DNA from: a virus
Taxonomy: Duplodnaviria; Caudoviricetes
DNA: 64,000 nucleotides
IMG/VR virus record: IMGVR_UViG_3300008262_000001
Strand: one strand, 5' to 3'
In this document: piece by piece, positions 36,881 to 46,749 of the stretch
How positions within the stretch are numbered: the first letter of the stretch is position 1
Layout of the letters: the number at the start of each line of letters is the position of its first letter
Notes under the pieces: model-generated
Told to the model about the DNA's origin: nothing
Database searches by the model: none
What the model saw: the letters and a program-made list of their open reading frames with translations, nothing else
Made by a program: the position numbers and the translations under genes

Positions 36881-38065
36881 TTATCCAAAATAGAATCTTT
36901 TTCTAACTTGTAAGAGTAGATCTTTCACGAAATCGGGCGCAACACTTTCTGGTAAAGACGATTCTTTAAATAATCTATCAATTTCAATAATGTCTTTTTC
37001 TGCAAAGCTTATCAAACTCTCAAGATCAATTTCTCCTCTTCTTATCGCTAATAAATCATGTGCATTTTTTCTTCTAACTAAAACTCCTTTTCCCTCTGCA
37101 ATCTCTTTAGCCATTTCAAGAAGTCTGCGACAGTGCATCATGTTTTTACCATCAATTTTTTGGCCATGAGATTCAACATCTACCCATCTTTGCAAATTCC
37201 TTTTTTCAAGCCACACTTGATATTCATTGAAATCCTTACAGTGCATAATGTAACCGTCCTTGTTGTAAATGATGTTACAAATAGGGGTTTGTCCATTTGG
37301 TATCGAGGAAAGACGTAATTGATTTGATTCTGCAACACTTGCCCCATGTCCAGTTTTTACAAGACCTTTGTAGCTGAATCCCAATGGTAGACCAGATTCT
37401 TTTCTGGTTTCTAAATATATTTCACGAGTTTTAGTCGGAACTTGTTCTGAAAAACATAAATGAGCGTCGGTGTCATAGTAAAGAGCATATATGTCTCTTG
37501 CATTTGGTACGTTTACTGCACCAATGAATTTCTCGTCATATCTTCCATTGTTCCATTGCTTCCATGGTATAGACTTTTCATCTTCAATTACATAACAAAA
37601 ATCTAAAACGTCCTTGCGTGAGACTTTGTCTTTGTCCCAGTTTTGTTTCTTGTCCTGTCCCTTAGCCTTCTTGATTTGCTGAATTGCATAACCAGCAAAA
37701 GAATTAGAACATTTCTTAGTCACAAATTTGTCCTTATAACGGAGTATTTCATCCATTGCTGGATGTTTGTATAGAATACAGTCTTCGGGCGTGTTTAGAA
37801 GCTCTAAAATAGTTGGATTGTTAGTAGATGCAAGTTCTAAAAATCTCTTAATCTCATAAAAGACAGTGTCATTCTTGTCATCGTTAATTTGGTCTTTATA
37901 CCCATACCCAAGTATATCATCAAGGCTTTGAATATAAATTCCAGCATAGTCAACATCAGAAGTTGGAAGAGCTGTTCCGTAAACTTGCGACCCACGTTTC
38001 ACAACCAGTAATAGCTCAGCTCCTGAAATTTTAGAATTGACTAAGTTGGTAAACTCTTTCATCAT
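36881..38065 (-). CDS. Pol-beta superfamily nucleotidyltransferase, RlaP-like
   Basis: RGSQVYG...SDVDYAGIY; NNPTILELL; C-terminal KNMMHCRRLL..A..I....LLAIRRGE. Confidence 0.85.
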   Translation of the reverse strand: MMKEFTNLVNSKISGAELLLVVKRGSQVYGTALPTSDVDYAGIYIQSLDDILGYGYKDQINDDKNDTVFYEIKRFLELASTNNPTILELLNTPEDCILYKHPAMDEILRYKDKFVTKKCSNSFAGYAIQQIKKAKGQDKKQNWDKDKVSRKDVLDFCYVIEDEKSIPWKQWNNGRYDEKFIGAVNVPNARDIYALYYDTDAHLCFSEQVPTKTREIYLETRKESGLPLGFSYKGLVKTGHGASVAESNQLRLSSIPNGQTPICNIIYNKDGYIMHCKDFNEYQVWLEKRNLQRWVDVESHGQKIDGKNMMHCRRLLEMAKEIAEGKGVLVRRKNAHDLLAIRRGEIDLESLISFAEKDIIEIDRLFKESSLPESVAPDFVKDLLLQVRKRFYFG

Positions 38066-38090
38066 GATGAGAAATTTTTAATTTTCTTCT

Positions 38091-38110
38091 CAAAAGTAGA
38101 AAAAGTGTTC
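38091..38110 (-). promoter_or_regulatory. Bacteroidota-type -7 box (TACTTTTG) preceded by GAA-N9
   Basis: Matches TAnnTTTG. Confidence 0.45.
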
Positions 38111-38124
38111 CATACAAAAAAATG

Positions 38125-38589
38125 CTAATAGTGTAAATCTAAAAATAGAATATCTGGATCGTCCTTATAAAATACTGGACTCCAAACTGGATGGTATTGA
38201 TTTTTTAAGGTGTCATCTAATTCTACAATGTGGTCTAGAGGATTTTCAACTTTGGGAAATTTACCAGGTTCACCATTCTTCCTTCTTGTTACTTCTTCCT
38301 TCATTCGGATATTCATGGTCTTTGTCCAATGGTAAGAATCTCCCTCCTTCAAATAAACTCCCCATCCTTCAGATTTTGATCCTGGAGGGTAAATACCATC
38401 CGGGCAGCTTTCACATCCTGACATTCCAGAAATATCTTGTCCATCATAATAACTATCTTCTATTCTCTCAACTATTACAGGAGCTTCGTCTGGAATATTA
38501 TTTTCCTCAATAAATTTTTTCAAATCACCTACAGTCATAAATCCATTACTGGCGTACTTGAAAAGGTCTTTTTTATCTAACTTTCTCAT
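38125..38589 (-). CDS. Hypothetical protein
   Basis: 154-aa ORF. Confidence 0.7.
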   Translation of the reverse strand: MRKLDKKDLFKYASNGFMTVGDLKKFIEENNIPDEAPVIVERIEDSYYDGQDISGMSGCESCPDGIYPPGSKSEGWGVYLKEGDSYHWTKTMNIRMKEEVTRRKNGEPGKFPKVENPLDHIVELDDTLKNQYHPVWSPVFYKDDPDILFLDLHY

Positions 38590-39386
38590 TTTCTAAACCA
38601 ATTTATCATTCCATCGTAAAAAGCAGAACCATGATTTATAGATCCATAATCCCTGTGTTCAGCAAAGTGTTCCTTATCTAATTCTTCCATGCTTTCTTCA
38701 TCGTCAACAAAGACTCTTTTTTTGGGATAAACATTCGTGCGTCTTTTCTTCAACTCATCCCACCAGTCATTTTGTGTCATATATTCGAAATCTGGCTGTA
38801 TCCTAATTTCCCCAGTCTCATATCCAAGTAATATTTTTGCAGGAAGTCCATAGTACCAAATTTTTCTTCCCTCCTCTTCCTCTGGATTTAAAAAGTTATA
38901 TGGATGATCCAGCATTTCATCAATCTTAACTTGGGCATGGGCTAAGGCACCTTTCATCTCTCTATAAAAGAATTTATAAACTTCTTTACCATTGGCACTA
39001 ATAGTGCATTTTCCACCACTTCTTATATCCCATTCGTCCCACTTGTACTTAGTAGAGTTAAATTGTGAATAATGTATACCCCAGCAAACTCGATGAACAC
39101 CATTGTCAATGTAAGGGATAAGCTCACGAATAATCGGGGCTTCAACTTCTCCAAACTGATTTGTAGTTTCTTCATAATCAGACCAATCTAACCACCATGT
39201 TTCAGGTTGGCCGTTGTATTTTCCTAAAAGATGACTATAACCTTCTATAGAGTAAACCTGGTAGTTTTTATCACCAATCCTGATTTCGAAAATTTTTCTA
39301 ACATTAGATCTTCCAAATTCATCTTTACCGAATTTCTCACAAGCTTCATGATAAGTTAATCCCTTTTTCCCCATTTTAGTATTCAT
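38586..39386 (-). CDS. Conserved hypothetical phage protein
   Basis: 266 aa, Trp-rich, operon packing. Confidence 0.75.
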   Translation of the reverse strand: MNTKMGKKGLTYHEACEKFGKDEFGRSNVRKIFEIRIGDKNYQVYSIEGYSHLLGKYNGQPETWWLDWSDYEETTNQFGEVEAPIIRELIPYIDNGVHRVCWGIHYSQFNSTKYKWDEWDIRSGGKCTISANGKEVYKFFYREMKGALAHAQVKIDEMLDHPYNFLNPEEEEGRKIWYYGLPAKILLGYETGEIRIQPDFEYMTQNDWWDELKKRRTNVYPKKRVFVDDEESMEELDKEHFAEHRDYGSINHGSAFYDGMINWFRK

Positions 39387-39396
39387 GTTTTATTTT

Positions 39397-39618
39397 TCAA
39401 AATTTATAAATCCATAAGTGGTTATGGATGTTCAGAAAATCAAGTTCAATTTCAAATTTTGGAGAATGAGAATCCTCATATCTGTCCCAGTTAATTTTAA
39501 AATTGAATAGACTGATTCCATCAGAAAAATCTCTAACTTTCGAAAAAATCTGGATCTCCCAATACAATTTTCTTTTTGTTGACAAGACCCCACTTCTACA
39601 AAATCCTAAAAAACTCAT
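39397..39618 (-). CDS. Hypothetical protein
   Basis: 73-aa ORF. Confidence 0.6.
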   Translation of the reverse strand: MSFLGFCRSGVLSTKRKLYWEIQIFSKVRDFSDGISLFNFKINWDRYEDSHSPKFEIELDFLNIHNHLWIYKF

Positions 39619-39878
39619 CTAATTTTTTTTAGCCAATTTACGAAATGGTCTGCTATTTCTTTGTCTTCCCATTCGTATTGGGTAAAACCATTTCTGCAAT
39701 ATTCTCCAAAGTTTATCATGTCAATCATGGAAAAACCGGGTGTACTTTTAAGTAAGACCTCAACACGATTTGGATCTACGCCTTCTCCTTCTTGCTCAAT
39801 AGATTTCCATTCTTTCTCTATTGAGTCGGAATCTAATTGACTAAATCTATAAGACAATGCTTCTATAATTTCACTCAT
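39615..39878 (-). CDS. Hypothetical protein
   Basis: 87-aa ORF. Confidence 0.6.
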   Translation of the reverse strand: MSEIIEALSYRFSQLDSDSIEKEWKSIEQEGEGVDPNRVEVLLKSTPGFSMIDMINFGEYCRNGFTQYEWEDKEIADHFVNWLKKIR

Positions 39879-39886
39879 ATTTTTGA

Positions 39887-40408
39887 TTATTTAGAACCTA
39901 TTAAAATCTTTCCATCAACGCTAACCTGTGTCTGTATAACCAATCCATCACTATAAGATTCTTGGCTCACACAGACTTCGATTGCTTCAGAAAAAACTAA
40001 ATTTTGAATCGCTGCAATGTCTAAATCATTACCATCAAAATCTTTACCTAGTTCATAAGGAAAAGCAAATATCGGATCTGCTTCTTCTATTTGGTTACCC
40101 ATGAAATCTAGAGGGGACGAAATAATGTACTGTCCATTTATAAGAAATAGTACTTGACATTCGGGATCGAAGAAATCTTTACAAGTTATAAATATCGAAG
40201 AAAAATTGTTGATTAAATCCCCTTCTGCTTTCAAAGATTGTTGGTTTTGAGTATCCGATATTTCGTAATAACCGTTATTCAATCCATGAATTTGATAAAC
40301 AGATTTGTCAAGATTTGATACTACGAAATTTCCAATATTTTTATCCAAGTTTCTTAATAGGTCTAATCTGACTAGTTTTACTTTTCCCTCTAATTTGTCC
40401 ATTTTCAA
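39887..40408 (-). CDS. Hypothetical protein
   Basis: 173-aa ORF; GAATC-N17-TATAAA upstream (40453-40426). Confidence 0.65.
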   Translation of the reverse strand: MKMDKLEGKVKLVRLDLLRNLDKNIGNFVVSNLDKSVYQIHGLNNGYYEISDTQNQQSLKAEGDLINNFSSIFITCKDFFDPECQVLFLINGQYIISSPLDFMGNQIEEADPIFAFPYELGKDFDGNDLDIAAIQNLVFSEAIEVCVSQESYSDGLVIQTQVSVDGKILIGSK

Positions 40409-40483
40409 AGATTTTAAAATTTAAATTTATACGAAGCAAAACTGAAAAGATTCAAGTTTTTAGAAAAAAAGGATAAATAAACC

Positions 40484-40816
40484 ATGTCTAAGGGGTTTGT
40501 TTATTTAATCGTAGAAGCAAACGAGGATGGTCGCGAAAGGTTTAAAATAGGAATTACTAAAAATCACCCTAGGCAAAGATTAAACAAGCTAAAAACGGGG
40601 AACTCAAATGAGCTTGAGCTTCTTAAATTTTATGAAAGTGAAAACTACAAGAGGATTGAAAAATGGTTTCACATGAAATATGCCTCTAAGAAAACCATAG
40701 CTAAAAACGAATTCTTCGACCTTTCAGATGTTGAAGTTATAAATTTCATCAACGATTGTGTGGAGATAGATTCTACTATTTCGATATTAAAGAAGGAAAA
40801 TCCCTACTTTAATTAA
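40484..40816 (+). CDS. GIY-YIG superfamily protein (T5orf172-like)
   Basis: GFVYLI...FKIGITK..RQRL..LKTGN...IEKWFH...NEFF. Confidence 0.85.
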   Translation: MSKGFVYLIVEANEDGRERFKIGITKNHPRQRLNKLKTGNSNELELLKFYESENYKRIEKWFHMKYASKKTIAKNEFFDLSDVEVINFINDCVEIDSTISILKKENPYFN

Positions 40817-41401
40817 TTACTTCCTAGGTTTTCTTTCTTTCTTAGCTCTTTGATAGAGTTTTTTATCGTGCATCTTTGTTGTTTTGCCACCAGTTATAAA
40901 AGAATTTACTCTTGCCATTGCCCATTGCTGAGGTGTCGTGCCCGGCACATGGCCGGTCTTCCATGCGACATACCCTTTTTTCCAAACCTGTGTTAATATA
41001 CCTTGTGGGAATCCAGTTTTTTCTGATTTGTTTTTTAGTGCCTTCCTTACTGGACTTGATGGAGAGCTGACACCTTCGAAAAGGAATCCTTCAATTTCTA
41101 AGATTGAATTTTCATCCATTTGGTTAAGTTCTTCTATGAATTCCTGTTCTAAATCTTCCAGAACTTGCATGAACTCGAAAGGATCAGTTATAATATTTTC
41201 ACCAAACATTTGTTTGTATTTCTTTGTGTATTGACTTTGCTTTGTTTCTACCTTTTCTCCCTTTCCCGCTTTTCTAGATTTATAATCTGCATCCCAAGGA
41301 CCATAAGCAGAAGAATCATCATCACGCTTTTTAGCGTGTTTTTTTATTTCCCTTCGCATTACGTTAGGATTTTTTGTTAGATATTTCTTAGGAAGTTTCA
41401 C
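40817..41401 (-). CDS. Conserved hypothetical protein (DUF5824-like, from memory)
   Basis: AWKTGHVPGTTPQQWAMARVNSFITGGKT; GTG start; GATATATAAA at 41415-41424. Confidence 0.65.
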   Translation of the reverse strand: MKLPKKYLTKNPNVMRREIKKHAKKRDDDSSAYGPWDADYKSRKAGKGEKVETKQSQYTKKYKQMFGENIITDPFEFMQVLEDLEQEFIEELNQMDENSILEIEGFLFEGVSSPSSPVRKALKNKSEKTGFPQGILTQVWKKGYVAWKTGHVPGTTPQQWAMARVNSFITGGKTTKMHDKKLYQRAKKERKPRK

Positions 41402-41501
41402 GCAAGTAGGTTTCTTTATATATCTTAAGAAACAAATACAACAACCAAAACTAAATTAAAAGAGTAGGTTCTGAGCAATTTGGAAACTAACTTTTGAAGA
41501 T

Positions 41502-44500
41502 ATGAAAAAAATAATAGACTGTTTTACATTTAATAATGAATTCGAACTTCTGGAGCTTAGACTTGCTGAAATTTATGATGTTGTGGATCAATTTATATTG
41601 GTAGAGGCAAACACAACACACCCAGGAAAAAATAAAATATTTTTCTTTGAAGAGAATAAGTGGAGATACGAAAAATGGATTGATAAAATTATCCATCTTA
41701 AAGTAAATTTTCCTTTGCACTTAGATACTTGGGGAAGAGAAAAATATCAAAGGAATTCAATTATGCCTACTTTATACTCGTTAGGATTATCAAATGATGA
41801 TATAGTTGTAATTAGTGATCTCGACGAAATCCCAGATTCGAGCACACTAAACTACATAAAAACTAGTTATCCAATGAAAGGATTATTTAAGCTAGAGATG
41901 GATCATTATTGGGCTTCTATTTACAACAAATTAGTATATCCAGAAAAATGGTATCATGCAAAAATAGTAGACTGGGAGACTTTAAAAGGAAGAACCCCAG
42001 ATGAGTGCAGGCTAGATTTTAATTGTCAATGGTGGGAAAGAGGAGGATGGCATTTATCTTATTTTGGAGGTCCTGAAATTATAATTAACAAAATCAATAG
42101 TACTGCTCACCAGGAATTAAACCAGGAAAGATTTAAGATAAAGGATGAGGTAATAAGAAAGGTGAAAGAGGGATTAGATCTTTTTGACGAATGGAGAACA
42201 TTCCAAAAAATAGATCCTTTAGAAAATACATATCTTCCTAAAAACTGGGGAATTCTTTCAAAAAACGAGGAAAAATATGGGAATAAAATAAAAAACAAAA
42301 ATAACCTAGTATTAGGAGCCGCCATAAATCTTTCATTAGAAGATATAAGAATTTTTGTAGATTCATTTAGAAGTAAAAATCTTAATGACGATGTATATCT
42401 GATTATTGAAGAATCAGCATCGCAGGATAAATTGGATTACTTAAAAAAGAATTCAGTAGAAATACTCTCATTTGAATCAGGGCAAATACTTGAAACGCAA
42501 CCTAATAATTACAGGTTCATCAAATTCTTAGATTTTTTAAAAGAGAAAAATACATATAAAAATGTTCTTCTATCGGATGTTTCTGATGTATATTTTCAAT
42601 CCGACCCATTTGATGGATTAGATGGTGAATTCATATTTTTTGCGGAGGAGGATGAATCAGAATCAATAGGTTCGAACAAATTCAATTCTAGATGGATAAT
42701 ACAATGCTTCGGTGAAGAATACTTAGAAAAAATTAAAAATGAGAAAATAGTTTGCTGTGGAACTATTGTAGGATCATATGGGAATATTCTTAAGTATTGT
42801 AAAAAAAGCTCCTCAGAAATGATCAGAATGTATAATGAGAGGAAAGACTTCTTTTATGACATGATGGATCAAGGAATACACAACTATATCTGCTATAATT
42901 CTATAGAGGATTTTGTAAATCCGAGCATCAAGAAAAACGGGGATTTTTTCGCAACAATAGGTATTACCTGTGGAGTAGCACCTGAATCAATAGAGGTGAA
43001 TGAATTAAAGATCCACGTCAATAAAAAAATACCATCGGTAATCCACCAATATAATAGATCCCGTGAAATTACAGATTCTATTAAGACACTATTACAGTTG
43101 GAAGGAATCGGAGATAAAGTTCTTGAAACTAAAATAGAGGGGTTTTCTATTCTAACATTAAGCAATGATGCTATCGGAAGAGGAATAAATAAGGGTGAGT
43201 CCTGGGAGCCTCATATAGTTTCTTTTCTAAGAAATTACCTAGATAAAGAATCCGTTTTTGTCGACATAGGAAGTAACTACGGATGGCATTCATTGATAGC
43301 ATCTAGCTTATGTAAAACAGTCCACAGTTTTGAGCCTCAATCTTTAATTTATTCTCTCCAGAAAGAAAGTATCAGGAAAAATAAATTTGAAAACATAATT
43401 CAATATAAAAAAGGATTAGGTAGCATAATAACACAATCCAATCTTTCTCCTATAAATTATCACGAAAATGGACTAAATATAGGTGACCTGGGTGTGGGAT
43501 TAAACGGGGAAAATATAGAAATTATAACTCTTGATTCTATAAACATAGAGAAAGTAGATTTAATTAAGATTGATGTTCAGGGGTACGAAAATTTTGTCAT
43601 AGAGGGAGCTACGAAAACTATAGAAAAAAATCGGCCTATCATAATAATAGAGATAGAAGAATTCCAGCTTTCTAAATTTGGTTTTTCTTCAGCTAACATA
43701 TTTGAAAAAATAAGAGGCCTGAATTACGAAATCTATCTGATGGAACATTCTTATCCGTCAGATCATATCTGTGTTCCTTTAGAAAAAGCGGATGAATTTG
43801 AGAAAAAAAATAATATAGATCCACTCACTGAAAACAACAACATAAGTAACAGTTATGCTAATGGAGTAAGAAAGAAATTTCTGAAATCAAAAAAAAGTTT
43901 ATCTGGAATACTAGACTTTAATAGAATAAACGGATTTGATAGCGAGGGCGGAACAGACAAAGGAACACTTCATAGCTACATAGAAACTTACGAAAGGATC
44001 CTATCTAAATACATTGGAAAAAAATCATCAATACTGGAGGTTGGAGTTCAATACGGGGGATCATCCCTTTTATGGCACGAGTATTTGGAGGATTCAAATC
44101 TAGTAATGGCAGACATTAAAGATCAGATAGGAAAAAATATATTGGACAGATTAAATCAGGAAAGATATAAATTCCACATTTTTGATGCTTACACTAAGGA
44201 ATCACTAGAAAAAATCAAAGAAGAAAATCCCGAAGGATTTGATATTTTGATAGATGATGGACCTCATACATTAGAGAGTCAAAAGTTTTTTATCAAAAAT
44301 TACATATCACTAGCAAAAGAAAATAGTGTTATGATTATCGAGGATATTCAAGATATAAATCATACTGCAATATTAAAAGAATGCTTACCTGAGGAATACA
44401 GGGAATCTATAGAGATTATAGATCTTAGAAATCAAAAAAATAGGTACGATGATATAATGTTTATAGTACATATTGGAGATAAAAAATATAAATCCTCCAA

Positions 44501-45131
44501 TTTGGATTTTACATTTGGATGGATTTCTCACAATAAAGAGGCTTTTGAAAAATACCTAGGTCCTTCTCTAGAAAAAATAGATGGAAAATATCAATCTATA
44601 TCCACGGACGACTCAAAAAATCCAGCATATAATTACAATAAAATAATAAGTGAATGTAAAACAAAATGGCTTATTTTGTGCCACGAGGATGTAGCATTTT
44701 CTAATGATCTTTTAGATCAAATAAAAGAAACCGTAAAATTAAACCCAGATTCTAAATTTTTCGGGATGGCAGGATCTAATGGCAATCAAATAATTTCTTC
44801 AGATTCAAAAGAGTCGAGAGATATTTTAACAGCGGATTCATGTTTTATAGTTATTGATACAGAAAACTTAGATCTCAATTTCGACGAAAATACATTTGAC
44901 GATTTTCATTTATACGTTGAAGATTTTTGTGTACAATTAGGAGAAAATGGAAAGACTATATTGTGTGATTACACGGAACCCTATAATTACCCAGATGAGA
45001 AAGAAAATAAGAAAAAATGGATTCTACATGGAGGATCTACATATTTTCAATTGGGTTCTCAGTGGGGAAGATATAAAGAATACAAGGAGAAGTTAAATAA
45101 AAAATGGGGAAGAGAAATTCCAACTACATAA
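41502..45131 (+). CDS. Five-domain glycosyltransferase/methyltransferase fusion (GT17-like, GT-A-like, FkbM MTase, class I SAM MTase, GT2-like)
   Basis: IIDCF.FNNE..SDLDEIP..GWHLSYFG; LLSDVSDVYFQSDPF..DQGIHN; VDIGSNYG..KIDVQGYE; TDKG..HSY..LEVGV..IDDGPH; CHEDV..DDFHLYVEDFC. Confidence 0.85.
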   Translation: MKKIIDCFTFNNEFELLELRLAEIYDVVDQFILVEANTTHPGKNKIFFFEENKWRYEKWIDKIIHLKVNFPLHLDTWGREKYQRNSIMPTLYSLGLSNDDIVVISDLDEIPDSSTLNYIKTSYPMKGLFKLEMDHYWASIYNKLVYPEKWYHAKIVDWETLKGRTPDECRLDFNCQWWERGGWHLSYFGGPEIIINKINSTAHQELNQERFKIKDEVIRKVKEGLDLFDEWRTFQKIDPLENTYLPKNWGILSKNEEKYGNKIKNKNNLVLGAAINLSLEDIRIFVDSFRSKNLNDDVYLIIEESASQDKLDYLKKNSVEILSFESGQILETQPNNYRFIKFLDFLKEKNTYKNVLLSDVSDVYFQSDPFDGLDGEFIFFAEEDESESIGSNKFNSRWIIQCFGEEYLEKIKNEKIVCCGTIVGSYGNILKYCKKSSSEMIRMYNERKDFFYDMMDQGIHNYICYNSIEDFVNPSIKKNGDFFATIGITCGVAPESIEVNELKIHVNKKIPSVIHQYNRSREITDSIKTLLQLEGIGDKVLETKIEGFSILTLSNDAIGRGINKGESWEPHIVSFLRNYLDKESVFVDIGSNYGWHSLIASSLCKTVHSFEPQSLIYSLQKESIRKNKFENIIQYKKGLGSIITQSNLSPINYHENGLNIGDLGVGLNGENIEIITLDSINIEKVDLIKIDVQGYENFVIEGATKTIEKNRPIIIIEIEEFQLSKFGFSSANIFEKIRGLNYEIYLMEHSYPSDHICVPLEKADEFEKKNNIDPLTENNNISNSYANGVRKKFLKSKKSLSGILDFNRINGFDSEGGTDKGTLHSYIETYERILSKYIGKKSSILEVGVQYGGSSLLWHEYLEDSNLVMADIKDQIGKNILDRLNQERYKFHIFDAYTKESLEKIKEENPEGFDILIDDGPHTLESQKFFIKNYISLAKENSVMIIEDIQDINHTAILKECLPEEYRESIEIIDLRNQKNRYDDIMFIVHIGDKKYKSSNLDFTFGWISHNKEAFEKYLGPSLEKIDGKYQSISTDDSKNPAYNYNKIISECKTKWLILCHEDVAFSNDLLDQIKETVKLNPDSKFFGMAGSNGNQIISSDSKESRDILTADSCFIVIDTENLDLNFDENTFDDFHLYVEDFCVQLGENGKTILCDYTEPYNYPDEKENKKKWILHGGSTYFQLGSQWGRYKEYKEKLNKKWGREIPTT

Positions 45132-45139
45132 CAAAATAA

Positions 45140-45685
45140 ATGAAAGATCTAATTTTTGAAAAAATCTGGAATCTCCAGACTAACACACCTACACTTAAGA
45201 AGTTTTTCTCTTTTAATTTAGAGGATCTTCAGGATAATCCAGAAGAGTGCCTAAAAGAAATAGAGGATTATCTAGAAAAGCACAAGGATAAAATAGTAGA
45301 TTTCTCTTTTGAATCATGGATCGACGAGGAGACTTTCCGTCCTATACTAATGATGAAAATGTATCTGGTTGAATCATTAGCGATGCACCTATATCCTTCC
45401 AATACTTTTAATTCTTTGCTTCCGTCTTCTAAAGAAGCAATGCTTATAAGAGAAAGGATTACAAATATGATAAGTGAATATGGATTTGAATTTAATACAG
45501 AAGAGGTCAGAAAAGTAATTATAGAGAAGCTTAAGTATATTTTAGGTGGGGTAGAGATAATAGACCTAACAACATTTGAAAATATTGACAATGGTGTACA
45601 TAATTTCATCGTTAGGCATGAAGACAATGAAATGACCTTAAATGAATATTTAGAGCTCGTAGCGAGCAAGAAAAGACATGAATAA
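45140..45685 (+). CDS. Hypothetical protein; C-terminus weakly resembles a tail-sheath C-terminal domain
   Basis: FEFNTEEVRKVI..L.YIL...DLTTFENIDNG. Confidence 0.5.
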   Translation: MKDLIFEKIWNLQTNTPTLKKFFSFNLEDLQDNPEECLKEIEDYLEKHKDKIVDFSFESWIDEETFRPILMMKMYLVESLAMHLYPSNTFNSLLPSSKEAMLIRERITNMISEYGFEFNTEEVRKVIIEKLKYILGGVEIIDLTTFENIDNGVHNFIVRHEDNEMTLNEYLELVASKKRHE

Positions 45686-46070
45686 GGAAGTTTTAAATAT
45701 AGCTTTAATAGCACATGATGGTAAAAAAGCAGATATGGTAAGCTTTGTAACCAAGCGTTTAGATTTTTTTAATCGGAACGATGTGGAAATATATGCTACA
45801 GGTACAACCGGTAAATTTTTAAAATTTGCAGGAATACAGAAAGTACACTCCATGCTAAGCGGACCTAATGGAGGAGACGCACAAATAGGATCTATGGTGG
45901 CTGAGGGAAAGGTAAAAGCTGTTATTTTCTTCCGGGATCCGTTAAACTCACATCCACACGAACCGGATATACAGATGCTTATGAGGATCTGTGATGTTCA
46001 TTCAGTTCCATTAGCTACAAATTATATGACAGCTAAATATGTAATTGACTGGTTTACTACAAACACTTAA
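45678..46070 (+). CDS. mgsA: Methylglyoxal synthase
   Basis: IALIAHDGKK, ATGTTG, SGPNGGDAQI, FFRDP..HPHEPDI..L.R.CD.H..PLATN; catalytic set looks intact. Confidence 0.95.
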   Translation: MNKEVLNIALIAHDGKKADMVSFVTKRLDFFNRNDVEIYATGTTGKFLKFAGIQKVHSMLSGPNGGDAQIGSMVAEGKVKAVIFFRDPLNSHPHEPDIQMLMRICDVHSVPLATNYMTAKYVIDWFTTNT

Positions 46071-46711
46071 TTAGATTTCTTTCTTTGGTCATCTTTGAAA
46101 TCAAGGTCCTTTGATATTTTAGAAAAATCTTCCCCTTTATAATCGAGCTTAGATTTTCTATACTGGGAAACATTATTAGAGAAGGAAGTAAACACATTAT
46201 CAACACCGGAATCTGTAGAAGCATAAGTTATAGAATTACCACCTTTGATTCCAATAGATCCCCCAGTTTTAATAGCATCTTGATTTGCAGCAAGGAATAA
46301 GAAGTTCCAACCCTCTTCTGTTGTGGTTTCTATCATCTTCATGATGGCTTCTCTCTTATACTCTCTACTTGCATTTTCTTCACCATCCGTAATAATTACA
46401 AAAACAACGTCTCTGTCAGTTTTTAATTCCTCTATGGTTTTTCCTATTGCATCCAAAAGAGCAGTTCTACCGCGAGGTTTAAAATTTTCACCTAGAATTA
46501 AATTCTCAGCTTCGGTAACTGGAATACTCTTATAGTTAATCTCATATCGATCGTCAAATTGAACTAAGGTTATGTAAGCCTTTCCCTCGGAATTCTTTTG
46601 CTCATCCAAGAATTTATTAAACCCATTAACTGTGGATTCTCCGATTTCTCTCATAGATCCTGATCTATCTAGAACTACTACAATTTCTGTTTCTTGTAAA
46701 TTTTTTTCCAT
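46067..46711 (-). CDS. vWA domain protein
   Basis: MIDAS: VLDRSGSM, G.TALLDAIG, IITDGEENAS. Confidence 0.92.
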   Translation of the reverse strand: MEKNLQETEIVVVLDRSGSMREIGESTVNGFNKFLDEQKNSEGKAYITLVQFDDRYEINYKSIPVTEAENLILGENFKPRGRTALLDAIGKTIEELKTDRDVVFVIITDGEENASREYKREAIMKMIETTTEEGWNFLFLAANQDAIKTGGSIGIKGGNSITYASTDSGVDNVFTSFSNNVSQYRKSKLDYKGEDFSKISKDLDFKDDQRKKSN

Positions 46712-46749
46712 TAGTAATTAATTATTTAGTGCCTTTTGATTGGCTATTT

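Noticed and set aside
40484-40816. GIY-YIG protein as a mobile homing endonuclease
   Set aside because: Only 110 aa, no DNA-binding extension, not inside an intron; it fits the stand-alone T5orf172-like type.
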